Below are positions 49,425 to 57,922 of a DNA stretch of 64,000 nt, piece by piece. Origin of the DNA: Thermomicrobiales bacterium. GTDB lineage: Bacteria; Chloroflexota; Chloroflexia; Thermomicrobiales; CFX8. Below the pieces are notes generated by a model, which saw only the letters and a list, made by a program, of their open reading frames with translations, was not told the DNA's origin and searched no databases. Within the stretch, counting starts at the first letter, position 1. Every line of letters starts with the position of its first letter. The stretch covers positions 1,340,111-1,404,110 of the forward strand of contig JBAOIG010000003.1 of the NCBI GenBank assembly GCA_037045155.1, given 5' to 3'. The position numbers and the translations under genes were made by a program.

Positions 49425-51449
49425 TCACTCCATCGTCGCGCCCGGGTCGCCGTACACGAGGAAGGCGAGCCAGGTGGCGTCGCCGAGGGTCTTGGCGGCG
49501 GCGCGGGCGGTGGTGGTGGCTGCGCCGAGGGTGGCGCCGGCCAGCAGGGCGTCGTAGAAGGCGCGAGCGAACGCGGTGGCCGGCTTCTCGTGGACCGACC
49601 AGGAGGCGCCGACGAACGCGCCGGCCCCGGCGGCCCAGAACGCGGCCGGCCAGCCACCCAGCCGCGTCAGGCTGGATCCCTCGCGGCCCGACTGGCAGGC
49701 GTTCAGGAAGACGAGCGGCGACCGCGCGCTCAGGTTCGCGGTCTGCTGGACGGTCAGCGCGTCGATCGCGACCGGCTGGATGCCGTGGCGGACGGTCTGG
49801 CGGTCGCCGATGATCAGCCGGGCGTCGTCGGCCCTGGCCGGGTCGGTCTGGCCGTGGCAGGCGATGTGGAGCACGTCGAACGCGCCGGCCTGGAGCGCCA
49901 GCAGCGCGTCCTTTTCGGTTGCGTCAATCTTTGCCGGGTGGATGCCGCGGCCTGGCAGTGTCGTCGCCAGGTAGCTCACGTCCTCGGAGAGCGTCGCTTG
50001 CGTCTTGTTCGGATATTCGCCGGCGAGATAGGCCCAGGCGGCTTTGCCGATCTTCCGTGGGCGCATCGTGCCGCCGAGGTTGCGCACCAGCCCGTATTCG
50101 CAGAGGTAGCGGTCGTCCACCTCGCCCGTATCCGGGTGGCGCAGGCGGACGAGCTCCCACGGGATCGACGGCTCGCGGGAGTAGACCTTGATGCCGTGGA
50201 TGGCGTCGCGATGCTCCCAGATGGCGCGGACGAAGACAGGGTCGAAGAGCTGGTCGGACATGTCGGTGCTGATCGCCCGTAGCTTGATGTCGAACACCGC
50301 GAAGTCGTCGTACGTCTCCAGCACCTGCGACTCGATGCGCGTGTAGATGCCGTCGACGTAGCCCTGCGCGGCCGTGCCGCCGGAGCCGGCCAGCCGCCCG
50401 AACGGCTTCGACTGGAACGGCGCATGGTCCAGCTTGAGCGCGTCGGACGAGACGGAGTAGGCGAAGACCAGTCCGTCGCCGAAGGGAAACTCGGTGATCA
50501 GGAGCACGAGGTAGTCGGCATCTTGCGGGGCGGGGGGCTGGGCGGTCGTCTGCGCAGCCTGGCGGACGGCGCGCGGTCGTGACGCGGTGATCGTCACCGG
50601 GAAGGAGAGGGCGCCGAGGTCGGACATTCCCTGCTGGAACAGCACGTCGATCGTCGTTGCGCCAGCCACCCGGCCGGAGACGGCGAACGCGCCGAGGCTG
50701 GGGGCGTTGGGAGCCGGCGGCGAAAGCCGGAGCTGGTATGGCCCGTCGATCGACACCTTCGTCGCGTCGACCGAGAGGGTGGCGACGACGTCGGTGGTTG
50801 ACGCAATCGTCACTTCTGGCAATGCGGTCGGCAGCGGGGTGGCGCCCGCGGCAATCTCCAGCCGGATGTCGATGACTGCCTTCTTGCCGACCCCAAGCTT
50901 CCTCGGCGCGTCACCGGAGAGGATGACATCGAGCGATTCGGACGGGTCTGGAGCGGGGGTGGGGAGCGTGGCCGGCAGCTCGTCATCGATGCCCATCGCC
51001 GGGCCGAGGTCGGGCGCGATGGCGGCAGCCTCGGCAATATACGCCTCGAAACGCCCGGCGACCTGACCTTCCCAGCCGACCATCTCGCCGATCGCCGTGA
51101 CCCGCCGGGCCGAGCGAAGCTGGATGATCCGCAGCGCCGATGGCTGGCGCGCCTCGGTGGGCGGGATGATGGTGGACTCCGGCTGCCCGGGTGGCGCTTC
51201 GATGCTGCGGTCGTCTTCATGCAGATCGAGCGCGATCGTCGCTGGCTGCGGGCCAGACCCGACCACCCGCCAGCGGAAGGCCGCAAGCTCGCGAGGGCGA
51301 AAGGCATAGAGCGCGCCTGCTTCCGGCCGGCGCAGGATTACCCAGTCTGGTGGATGCTCGGCAGCCTCAAGCTCGTCGACGATCTCATCGAGCGTCTGGC
51401 TGGCTTCGAAGAAGCGGAACGTCGCGCCGACGTGCCACTCGATCCGCAT
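49425..51449 (-). CDS. CHAT-domain (caspase-like) protease with ~330-aa uncharacterised N-terminal region
   Basis: C-terminal half carries the CHAT catalytic dyad contexts DVLHIACHG (His) and LVFLNACQSG (Cys). The N-terminal 1-130 and the beta-rich 190-320 segments were not recognised. Confidence 0.8.
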   Translation of the reverse strand: MRIEWHVGATFRFFEASQTLDEIVDELEAAEHPPDWVILRRPEAGALYAFRPRELAAFRWRVVGSGPQPATIALDLHEDDRSIEAPPGQPESTIIPPTEARQPSALRIIQLRSARRVTAIGEMVGWEGQVAGRFEAYIAEAAAIAPDLGPAMGIDDELPATLPTPAPDPSESLDVILSGDAPRKLGVGKKAVIDIRLEIAAGATPLPTALPEVTIASTTDVVATLSVDATKVSIDGPYQLRLSPPAPNAPSLGAFAVSGRVAGATTIDVLFQQGMSDLGALSFPVTITASRPRAVRQAAQTTAQPPAPQDADYLVLLITEFPFGDGLVFAYSVSSDALKLDHAPFQSKPFGRLAGSGGTAAQGYVDGIYTRIESQVLETYDDFAVFDIKLRAISTDMSDQLFDPVFVRAIWEHRDAIHGIKVYSREPSIPWELVRLRHPDTGEVDDRYLCEYGLVRNLGGTMRPRKIGKAAWAYLAGEYPNKTQATLSEDVSYLATTLPGRGIHPAKIDATEKDALLALQAGAFDVLHIACHGQTDPARADDARLIIGDRQTVRHGIQPVAIDALTVQQTANLSARSPLVFLNACQSGREGSSLTRLGGWPAAFWAAGAGAFVGASWSVHEKPATAFARAFYDALLAGATLGAATTTARAAAKTLGDATWLAFLVYGDPGATME

Positions 51450-51468
51450 CTCACGCTCCTTCGCTTGC

Positions 51469-52887
51469 TCAGGCCGGCGGGGTCAGTGTCGTGAAGATGT
51501 CCGCAACCTGCTCTACTGCCGTCCCGCCGCTGACGGTGACGCGGTAGACATCCGGTGGCAGCGGATCGAAGGTTGCCTCCTGCCAGGTGTCGCCGGCCGG
51601 CGCGAGCGTCTTGCGAACGACCACAGCGCCGGTGGTCGTGCTGGAGATGGTTGCATCGATGGCAGTGCCATCGACGCTTGGCCGAACGCGGACGGGGATC
51701 GTGTCGTCGGTCCAGTAGATATCGTCGAGATCGAGCGAGAGGGTGATATTGACGACGGCGGGGGCGAGGTATTCGCCGAGCGGATCGTAGAGGCCGAAGA
51801 TGGCGCCCTTGAGGTGCGTCAGGCCGGCGTCGGCGTTCTGCAATGAGGCGTGCCGGTCGGCAGCGTACATCCCGCGGGCAGACCCCTCCAGCTCGATTGG
51901 CGTCGCCGAGGCGCGCGGCACGGTGCCATCGCCGAGATCGTCGTGGACGCTGCCATCGGCGTAGGTGTATTCGCGCAGCAGCTCCACCCGGCCATCCGTC
52001 AGCCGGCCGGACTGGTTCGTCGGCTGCTCGATGCCGACGATCGGGAAGATCTTGTAGCCGCGCTGGCGGTATTCGTCGTCCTGCTGGTTGCGCGTCACCG
52101 CGTCGCGGATTTCGTGGTGGAAGGCGAGCGCAGCGGCGGCGCGGCCGGGGTCGACGTTCGGGATGCCGGTGGTCTCGCCGATCCGCACCCACGGGCTGCC
52201 CGGGCCGGCCGCATAGCAGCGGTAGGTCGGCAGCAGCTGGTATGTTGAGGTGAAGGAGCGCACCGTCTCGGACAGGTCGAGTAGTTGTCGCGGGCCTTTG
52301 TAGCAGCCGTTGGCCAGCGTGTCGAGCGAGTTGACCGAGCCGCGGTAGGGCGTGCCGAAGGTCAGCAGCGCCCGCGTGTCGCGCCAGCCCTCCATGCATT
52401 CGAGGTAGTAGCGCGCGACGAGCCCGCCCATCGAGTGGCCGACGATGATCAGCTTTGCGTCGGGGTTGTTGGTGTCCTGCCTCCATCGACGCAGGAGGCC
52501 TTCGCCCAGCTCGGTCTGCAGCCGCTTCGCCGCCAGTCGGTTGTCGAGCCGCCAGTCGTAGGGGAATTCGACGAAGTTGACGCCGGGGCTGACCTCGAAA
52601 ACCGCCTGGATCGTGTCACTGGCCTTGCGGTAACCGTCGATCTTCCACAGGCCGGGGATGATGTGGACATCGGGCATCAGCCGCTTCGGGGTGATGCCAT
52701 CCTGTGGGTCCAGGCCATCGCTGCCGGCCGGCAGGCGCAGCTCCTGGAGGCTGTCGCCCCGGCTGAAGAGCGCAGACAGCACCGCGCCGGTCGAGACGTC
52801 CCAGACGTCCTTGCCGCCCTTCCGCAGCGCGCTGCCCATGATCCCGGGGATGAGGACGATGACATCAGGCATCGGTATGCGAGACAT
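51469..52887 (-). CDS. LCAT/PGAP1-like alpha/beta-hydrolase (putative phospholipase/acyltransferase) with beta-rich C-terminal domain
   Basis: VIVLIPGIMGS, FPYDWR (an LCAT-family hallmark), nucleophile elbow GHSMGG, GDGTVP (acid residue), and a late His (ADRHASL). The last ~110 aa look like an Ig-like beta domain. It lies 19 nt upstream of the CHAT gene. Confidence 0.7.
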   Translation of the reverse strand: MSRIPMPDVIVLIPGIMGSALRKGGKDVWDVSTGAVLSALFSRGDSLQELRLPAGSDGLDPQDGITPKRLMPDVHIIPGLWKIDGYRKASDTIQAVFEVSPGVNFVEFPYDWRLDNRLAAKRLQTELGEGLLRRWRQDTNNPDAKLIIVGHSMGGLVARYYLECMEGWRDTRALLTFGTPYRGSVNSLDTLANGCYKGPRQLLDLSETVRSFTSTYQLLPTYRCYAAGPGSPWVRIGETTGIPNVDPGRAAAALAFHHEIRDAVTRNQQDDEYRQRGYKIFPIVGIEQPTNQSGRLTDGRVELLREYTYADGSVHDDLGDGTVPRASATPIELEGSARGMYAADRHASLQNADAGLTHLKGAIFGLYDPLGEYLAPAVVNITLSLDLDDIYWTDDTIPVRVRPSVDGTAIDATISSTTTGAVVVRKTLAPAGDTWQEATFDPLPPDVYRVTVSGGTAVEQVADIFTTLTPPA

Positions 52888-53002
52888 GGTTGCCTCCTGA
52901 TGCGTGGTGCGAAGACGTATAGCTTCATCATAGGGAGAGTCAGGTCGATGTCAATGATTTCTCACACGCGCCACTTTGCGCAGCCGAACAGGCAGACGCG
53001 CG

Positions 53003-53524
53003 TTACTCCGGGTGATCCAGCTCGTACAGCGCCACCTGGTTGCCGTGGTAGATCGTCTGTCCTGCGTTTCGCATGCCGGCCTTCTCCAGCACGCGGCACG
53101 AGGCGGCGTTCGCCGGGATAGTCACCGCGACGATGCGATCCAGCCCGAGGGCGCCGAACCCGTGCCGCAGCAGTCCGATGGTCAGCTCGGTCGCGTACCC
53201 CCGGCCCCAGACGGACCGCGCGAAGTAGTAGCCGACCTGGACCGGGTTGTCGTCGCCGATCGCCGCGTGGTCGAGCACCGCGCCGCCGACTGTCTGCCCC
53301 GTCTCTGTCTCGATCGCCGCCCAGAAGCCCAGCCCGCTGGATGGATCGTGGCGGGCGATACGCGCGTCCAGCCAGGCGCGGGCTTCGTCGCGGGTGGCGC
53401 AGGACATGTGGTCGGGCAGGTAGCGTGTGACGTCGGGGTCGCGGTTCATCGCGTAGACGGCGTCGAGGTCGCCGGCCTGCCATGGGCGGACGACGAGGCG
53501 GTCGGTGCGGAAGATCTCGGTCAC
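53003..53524 (-). CDS. GNAT-family N-acetyltransferase
   Basis: LVVRPW...D........D..V..YL and WGRGYATELTIGLLRHGF..LGLDRIVAVT...N..S.RVLEK.GM are RimJ-like blocks. Confidence 0.8.
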   Translation of the reverse strand: MTEIFRTDRLVVRPWQAGDLDAVYAMNRDPDVTRYLPDHMSCATRDEARAWLDARIARHDPSSGLGFWAAIETETGQTVGGAVLDHAAIGDDNPVQVGYYFARSVWGRGYATELTIGLLRHGFGALGLDRIVAVTIPANAASCRVLEKAGMRNAGQTIYHGNQVALYELDHPE

Positions 53525-53613
53525 GGCGGCGCCCCTTCAACGAGCGACAGTGGAGATGGCAACCACCGTTATACTGGCTTGGCGCGGTATTGGACAGCGG
53601 TGAGGAGGAGAGT

Positions 53614-54510
53614 ATGAAGATCGGGATCATGCTGCTCTCGGGCGGGTCGCCGGCCGAGATCGGGGCGCAGGTCGCCGACGCCGAGCGGCGCGGATTCTCC
53701 AGCGCCTGGCTGGCGAATATCCGCGGGGTGGATGCGCTGACTGCGCTGGCGGTGGCCGGCGCGCAGACGGAGCGGATCGAGCTCGGCACGTTTATCGTCC
53801 CGACCTTTCCACGCCATCCGACGGCAATGGCGCAGCAGGCGCTGACCGTTCAGGCGGCGACGGGCAACCGGCTGGCGCTCGGCATCGGCCTCAGCCATCG
53901 GGTGTCGATGGAGCAGGGGCTAGGCTTCGACTGGAGCCACCCGATCCGGCACACCCGCGAGTACCTGGCGACGCTCATCCCGTTGCTGGCGCAGGAGCTG
54001 GTGAGCTTCGAGGGCGAGGAGTACACCGTCCGCGGCTTCCAGCTGGCAATCCCCGGCGCGACGCCGCCGCCGGTGCTGGTCGCCGCGCTTGGCCCGCAGA
54101 TGTTGCGTCTGACCGGCGCGATGGCCGACGGCACGGCGATCTGGCTGGGCGGGGCGCGGTACATCGCCGAGACGGCGACGCCGACGATCCGCGAGGCTGC
54201 CGCGCGGGCTGGCCGGCCGGAACCGCGCGTCGTCGCCGGACTGCCGATCTGTGTCACCGACAACGCCGGGAAAGTTCGCGACAAGATGGCCCAGGCGTTC
54301 TCGCGCTATGGCGAGCTGCCGTCGTATCGCGCGATCCTCGACCGCGAGGGCGCCGCGGGGCCGGCCGACGTCGCGATCGTTGGCGACGAGGCGGAGGTCC
54401 GCGCCGGGCTGGCTGACCTTGCCGCGGCCGGCGTCACCGACTTCGCCGCCTCCCTCTTCGTCCCCCGTGGCGAGGACATCGAACGCACGATGGCGGCGTT
54501 GCTGGGGTGA
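53614..54510 (+). CDS. LLM-class F420/flavin-dependent oxidoreductase
   Basis: AERRGFSSAWL and LALGIGLSH blocks. GGAGGAG RBS. Confidence 0.8.
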   Translation: MKIGIMLLSGGSPAEIGAQVADAERRGFSSAWLANIRGVDALTALAVAGAQTERIELGTFIVPTFPRHPTAMAQQALTVQAATGNRLALGIGLSHRVSMEQGLGFDWSHPIRHTREYLATLIPLLAQELVSFEGEEYTVRGFQLAIPGATPPPVLVAALGPQMLRLTGAMADGTAIWLGGARYIAETATPTIREAAARAGRPEPRVVAGLPICVTDNAGKVRDKMAQAFSRYGELPSYRAILDREGAAGPADVAIVGDEAEVRAGLADLAAAGVTDFAASLFVPRGEDIERTMAALLG

Positions 54511-54520
54511 GGGGTGAGCC

Positions 54521-54570
54521 ATTCCCAATTCCCAACCCCTTAGGGGTCAGGAAATTAGGAATTTGGGAAT
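54521..54570. repeat. palindromic element P1 (TTCCCAA..CCCCTTAGGGG..)
   Basis: attcccaattcccaaCCCCTTAGGGGtcaggaaattaggaatttgggaat. It is nearly the reverse complement of P2 and P4. Confidence 0.85.
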
Positions 54571-54579
54571 GACCGTCGC

Positions 54580-55335
54580 GGCAGACCGGCAGCCACCCGG
54601 CATGGTTTGTCATCCTGAGGCGCGCACGCCGAAGGATCTCTCCTGCGTTCGGACGTGTATCGAGCGTGGTGGGAGATGCTTCGCTGAGGCTCAGCATGAC
54701 AAAGGGTGGGGTCGGCAGCCACCCGGCATGCCTTGTCATCCTGAGGCCGCAGCCGAAGGATCTCTCCTGCGTTCGGACTGTGATCTGGCGTGGAGGGAGA
54801 TGCTTCGCTGAGGCTCAGCATGACAAAGGGCGGGGTCGGCTGCCACCCGGCTGGCTTGTCATCCTGAGGCGCGCACGCCGAAGGATCTCTCCTGCGTTCG
54901 AACGTGGCATCCGGCGTGGGGGAGATGCTTCGCTGAGGCTCAGCATGACAAAGGGCGGGGTCGGCTGCCACCCGGCTGGTTTGTCATCCTGAGCGCGCAC
55001 GCGAAGGATCTCTCCTGCGTTCGAGTGGCATCCAGCGTAGGGAGATGCTTCGCTGAGGCTCAGCATGACAAAGGGCGGGGTCGGCAGCCACCCGGCTGGT
55101 TTGTCATCCTGAGGCCGCAGCCGAAGGATCTCTCCTGCGTTCGAACGTGACTGGCGTGGAGGAGATGCTTCGCTGAGGCTCAGCATGACAAAGGGCGGAC
55201 CGGCAGCCACCCCGTATGGCTTGTCATCCTGAGCGCGCACGCGAAGGATCTCTCCTGCGTTGGACTGTCACATGCCTGTGGGAGATCCTTCACTGCCGGG
55301 CGCCCTCTGGGCGGAGGAAGACAGGACAAAAGGCA
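54580..55335. repeat. array C: six ~120-125-bp hairpin (REP/MITE-like) units with conserved arms and variable loops
   Basis: Each unit reads GGCAGCCACCCGGC.GG.TTGTCATCCTGAG...GAAGGATCTCTCCTGCGTTCG, then 16-20 variable nt, then GGGAGATGCTTCGCTGAGGCTCAGCATGACAAAGGGCGGGGTC. The last unit has a degenerate 3' arm. Confidence 0.9.
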
Positions 55336-55379
55336 GGCTGCCAGACCCGACAGTCTTTGGTCGCAGCGTGCTCAGGACG

Positions 55380-55431
55380 ATTCCCAAATTCCCAAATTCC
55401 TGACCCCTAAGGGGTTGGGAATTAGGAATCC
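55380..55431. repeat. palindromic element P2
   Basis: attcccaaattcccaaattcctgaCCCCTAAGGGGttgggaattaggaatcc. Confidence 0.85.
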
Positions 55432-55530
55432 GGACGGCGTTTGACGAAGATGTCTCAATCATCGTACCATCGCCACAAACACGAGCAACATTTACGCGAT
55501 CCAGCGATCCAGCGGAGGGCATCAGCGGCG

Positions 55531-57491
55531 ATGAACGTCGAGACGATCCTGTCCCAAATTGAGCTTGGGGCAATGGCACTGCCCGAGTTTCAACGCGGCT
55601 ACGTCTGGAACAGAGATCAGGTGCGCGGGCTGATGGACTCGCTCTACCGGCAACACCCGGTCGGCGGTCTGCTTGTCTGGGTAACGAAGACGGAGCACGC
55701 GTCTGCCCGCGGTGATGGTCCGCTCTCGGCCGGCACCGTCGAGCTCCTGCTCGATGGCCAACAGCGGATTACGTCCCTCTACGGGATCATCCGCGGTAAT
55801 CCACCCCGCTTCTTCGAGGGCAACAAGCAGGCGTTCACCGATCTGTACTTCAACCTCGACGACCAGACGTTCGAGTTCTACGGCCCGGTCAAGATGCGCG
55901 ACAATCCGGCCTGGATCAGTGTCACGCAGGTGATGCAGGAGGGTGCCGGCCCGACGATCCGTCGCCTTGCCCGGCTGCCAGATCTCGCCGACGATGTCGC
56001 GGATCTGTACTTCGAGCGCGTGAATCGAATCGACAACATCAAGCAGATCGACCTCCACATCGAGAAGGTCATCGGTGATGACAAGACGATCGACGTGGTG
56101 GTCGATATCTTCAACAAGGTCAACAGTGGCGGGACGAAGCTCTCGAAGGGCGACCTTGCGCTCGCCAAGATCTGCGCCGAGTGGCCCGAGGCGCGAAACG
56201 AGATGCGGACGAGACTGGACAAGTGGGAAGCGGCTGGCTTCTCCTTCCGGCTGGAGTGGCTGCTGCGGTGCGTCAATGCGATCGTCACCGGCGAGGCGAT
56301 GTTCACGGCGCTGGCGAACGTCGGGCCCGCCGAGGTGAATCAGGGCCTGCGACAAGCCGAAGGCGCGATCGACGCGCTGCTGAACCTCGTGTCATCGCGA
56401 CTGGGTATCGACCACGACCGTGTGCTCGGCAGCCGCTACTCGTTCCCGCTGCTGGCACGCTACCTCACCCAGCGGGGTGGCCGGCTGAGCGACTACCGCG
56501 AGCGCGACAAGCTGCTCTACTGGTACGTCCACACGTTCCTCTGGGGTCGCTACGCCGGGTCGACCGAGACTGCTCTGAATCAGGATCTCGCGTTGGTCGA
56601 GAATCTGGATGGCGGGCTGGATCGGCTGATCGAGCACTGCGCCGAAACCGTGGCGACCTGACGATTCACCCGAACGACTTCCTCGGCTGGAGTCGCGGCG
56701 CCAGGTTCTACCCGCTGCTGTATATGCTGACCCGCGTCTACCATGCGCGAGACTGGGAGACCGGCTTCGAGCTGTCCAACAATCTGCTTGGCCGGCTGAG
56801 CTCGCTGCAGATGCACCACATCTTCCCGAAGGCGCTGCTCTACAAGCACGGCTACGAGTTGGCGGAGGTCAACGCGCTGGCGAACTTCACCTTCCTGACG
56901 CAGGAGACGAACCTGCTTGTCTCGGACAAAGACCCGGCCGAGTACCTCCTGCGCTACGAGCAGCTACATCCCGGCGCTATCGCCTCGCACTGGATTCCGA
57001 CGGATCCACGACTCTGGCGGGTCGAGAACTATCGCGAATTCCTGGCCGTCCGTCGGGAGCTTCTGGCGAACGCTGCCAATACGTTTCTCGACAGTCTGCT
57101 CTCGGGGGCGGCTGCTGATACTGCGTCCGTGCCATCGGTGCTCGACCACGGGCCGCTGTCGATCGCGGCGAACGTTCCGCTCGAAGACGAGGAACAACTG
57201 ATCCTCGACACCGCGGAGTGGGTGACGCAGCAGGGCCTGCCGATGGGCGAGATGCTCTACGAGTTGGCGAATCCCGAGACGGGGGAACCGCTCGCTATCT
57301 TCGATCTCGCCTGGCCCCTTGGGTTGCAGGAGGGTCTGAGCCAGCCAGTTGCACTGCTGCTGAACGAGGCTGAGACGATGGAGCGGCTAGCCAACGACGC
57401 CGGCTTTCGCTACTTCACGTCGGCCGGCGCGTTCCGTGTCTACGTCCAGCGCGAGATCCTCGCCGAGGCGTTGGAGGACGTCGCCGACTGA
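55531..57491 (+). pseudogene. GmrSD-like type IV restriction-type protein (DUF262 + DUF1524 His-Me finger), split by one frame shift near 56635-56645
   Basis: DUF262 blocks LPEFQRGYVW and LLLDGQQRITSLYGI lie in ORF 55441..56661. The DUF1524-like QMHHIFPKALL...N.L.NFTFL lies in ORF 56181..57491. Joining them reads ..LDRLIEH/ALRRNRGDLTIHPNDF... The pseudogene status could be an assembly artefact. Confidence 0.75.
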
Positions 57492-57504
57492 TGCCACCGA
57501 GGCC

Positions 57505-57548
57505 ATTCCCAAATTCCCAACCCCTAAGGGATTGGGAAATTAGGAATC
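57505..57548. repeat. palindromic element P3 (shorter, nearly symmetric)
   Basis: attcccaaattcccaaCCCCTAAGGGattgggaaattaggaatcc, starting 14 nt after the GmrSD-like stop. Confidence 0.8.
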
Positions 57549-57559
57549 CCGCCGTCGCA

Positions 57560-57700
57560 GACCGGCAGCATCCCCTGCCTCCTGTCATTCACTGCCCGGA
57601 GGGCGCCCGCGCAGCCGAAGAATCTCCCCCAGCGCAGATGGTGATCGAACCCAGGGGAGATCCCTCGCTGAGACTCGGGATGACAAAGGCACGGGGTGGC
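57560..57700. repeat. single hairpin (REP/MITE-like) unit D
   Basis: ggcagcatcccctgcctcctGTCATTCACTGCC...GAAGAATCTCCCC...GGGGAGATCCCTCGCTGAGACTCGGGATGACAAagg. Confidence 0.75.
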
Positions 57701-57741
57701 TACCGGAACCAACTGCTTGTGGTAGCAGCGTGATCAGGGCG

Positions 57742-57792
57742 ATTCCCAAATTCCTAAATTCCTGACCCCTAAGGGGTTGGGAATTAGGAATC
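57742..57792. repeat. palindromic element P4
   Basis: attcccaaattcctaaattcctgaCCCCTAAGGGGttgggaattaggaatcc. Together with its flanks it forms a direct repeat of ~85 bp with the P2 region (55355-55439 versus 57716-57801). Confidence 0.85.
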
Positions 57793-57922
57793 CGGACGGC
57801 GCGTTCTCATCCGACATGCCATGGATCGACGCGGGGGGTGCGCTCTGCGGAGCGCGGACAGGCCGGGTCCTGTCCCTACGAACTACGAACCGGTATCCCC
57901 CGTCCCCCGTCCCTCGTCCCGC

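Noticed and set aside
54580-55335. Possible CRISPR array, given a variable segment between conserved segments
   Set aside because: The conserved portion is about 100 nt and consists of two mutually complementary arms plus a linker. The variable part is only 16-20 nt and sits in the hairpin loop. This geometry is unlike the 28-37-nt repeats and 30-40-nt spacers of CRISPR. No leader or cas genes are present.
56630-56665. Programmed frameshift or two-gene split of the GmrSD-like protein
   Set aside because: There is no slippery heptamer at the junction (ctgatcgagcactgcgccgaaacc). DUF262 and DUF1524 normally sit on one polypeptide. A simple indel, real or an assembly artefact, is the more economical explanation.
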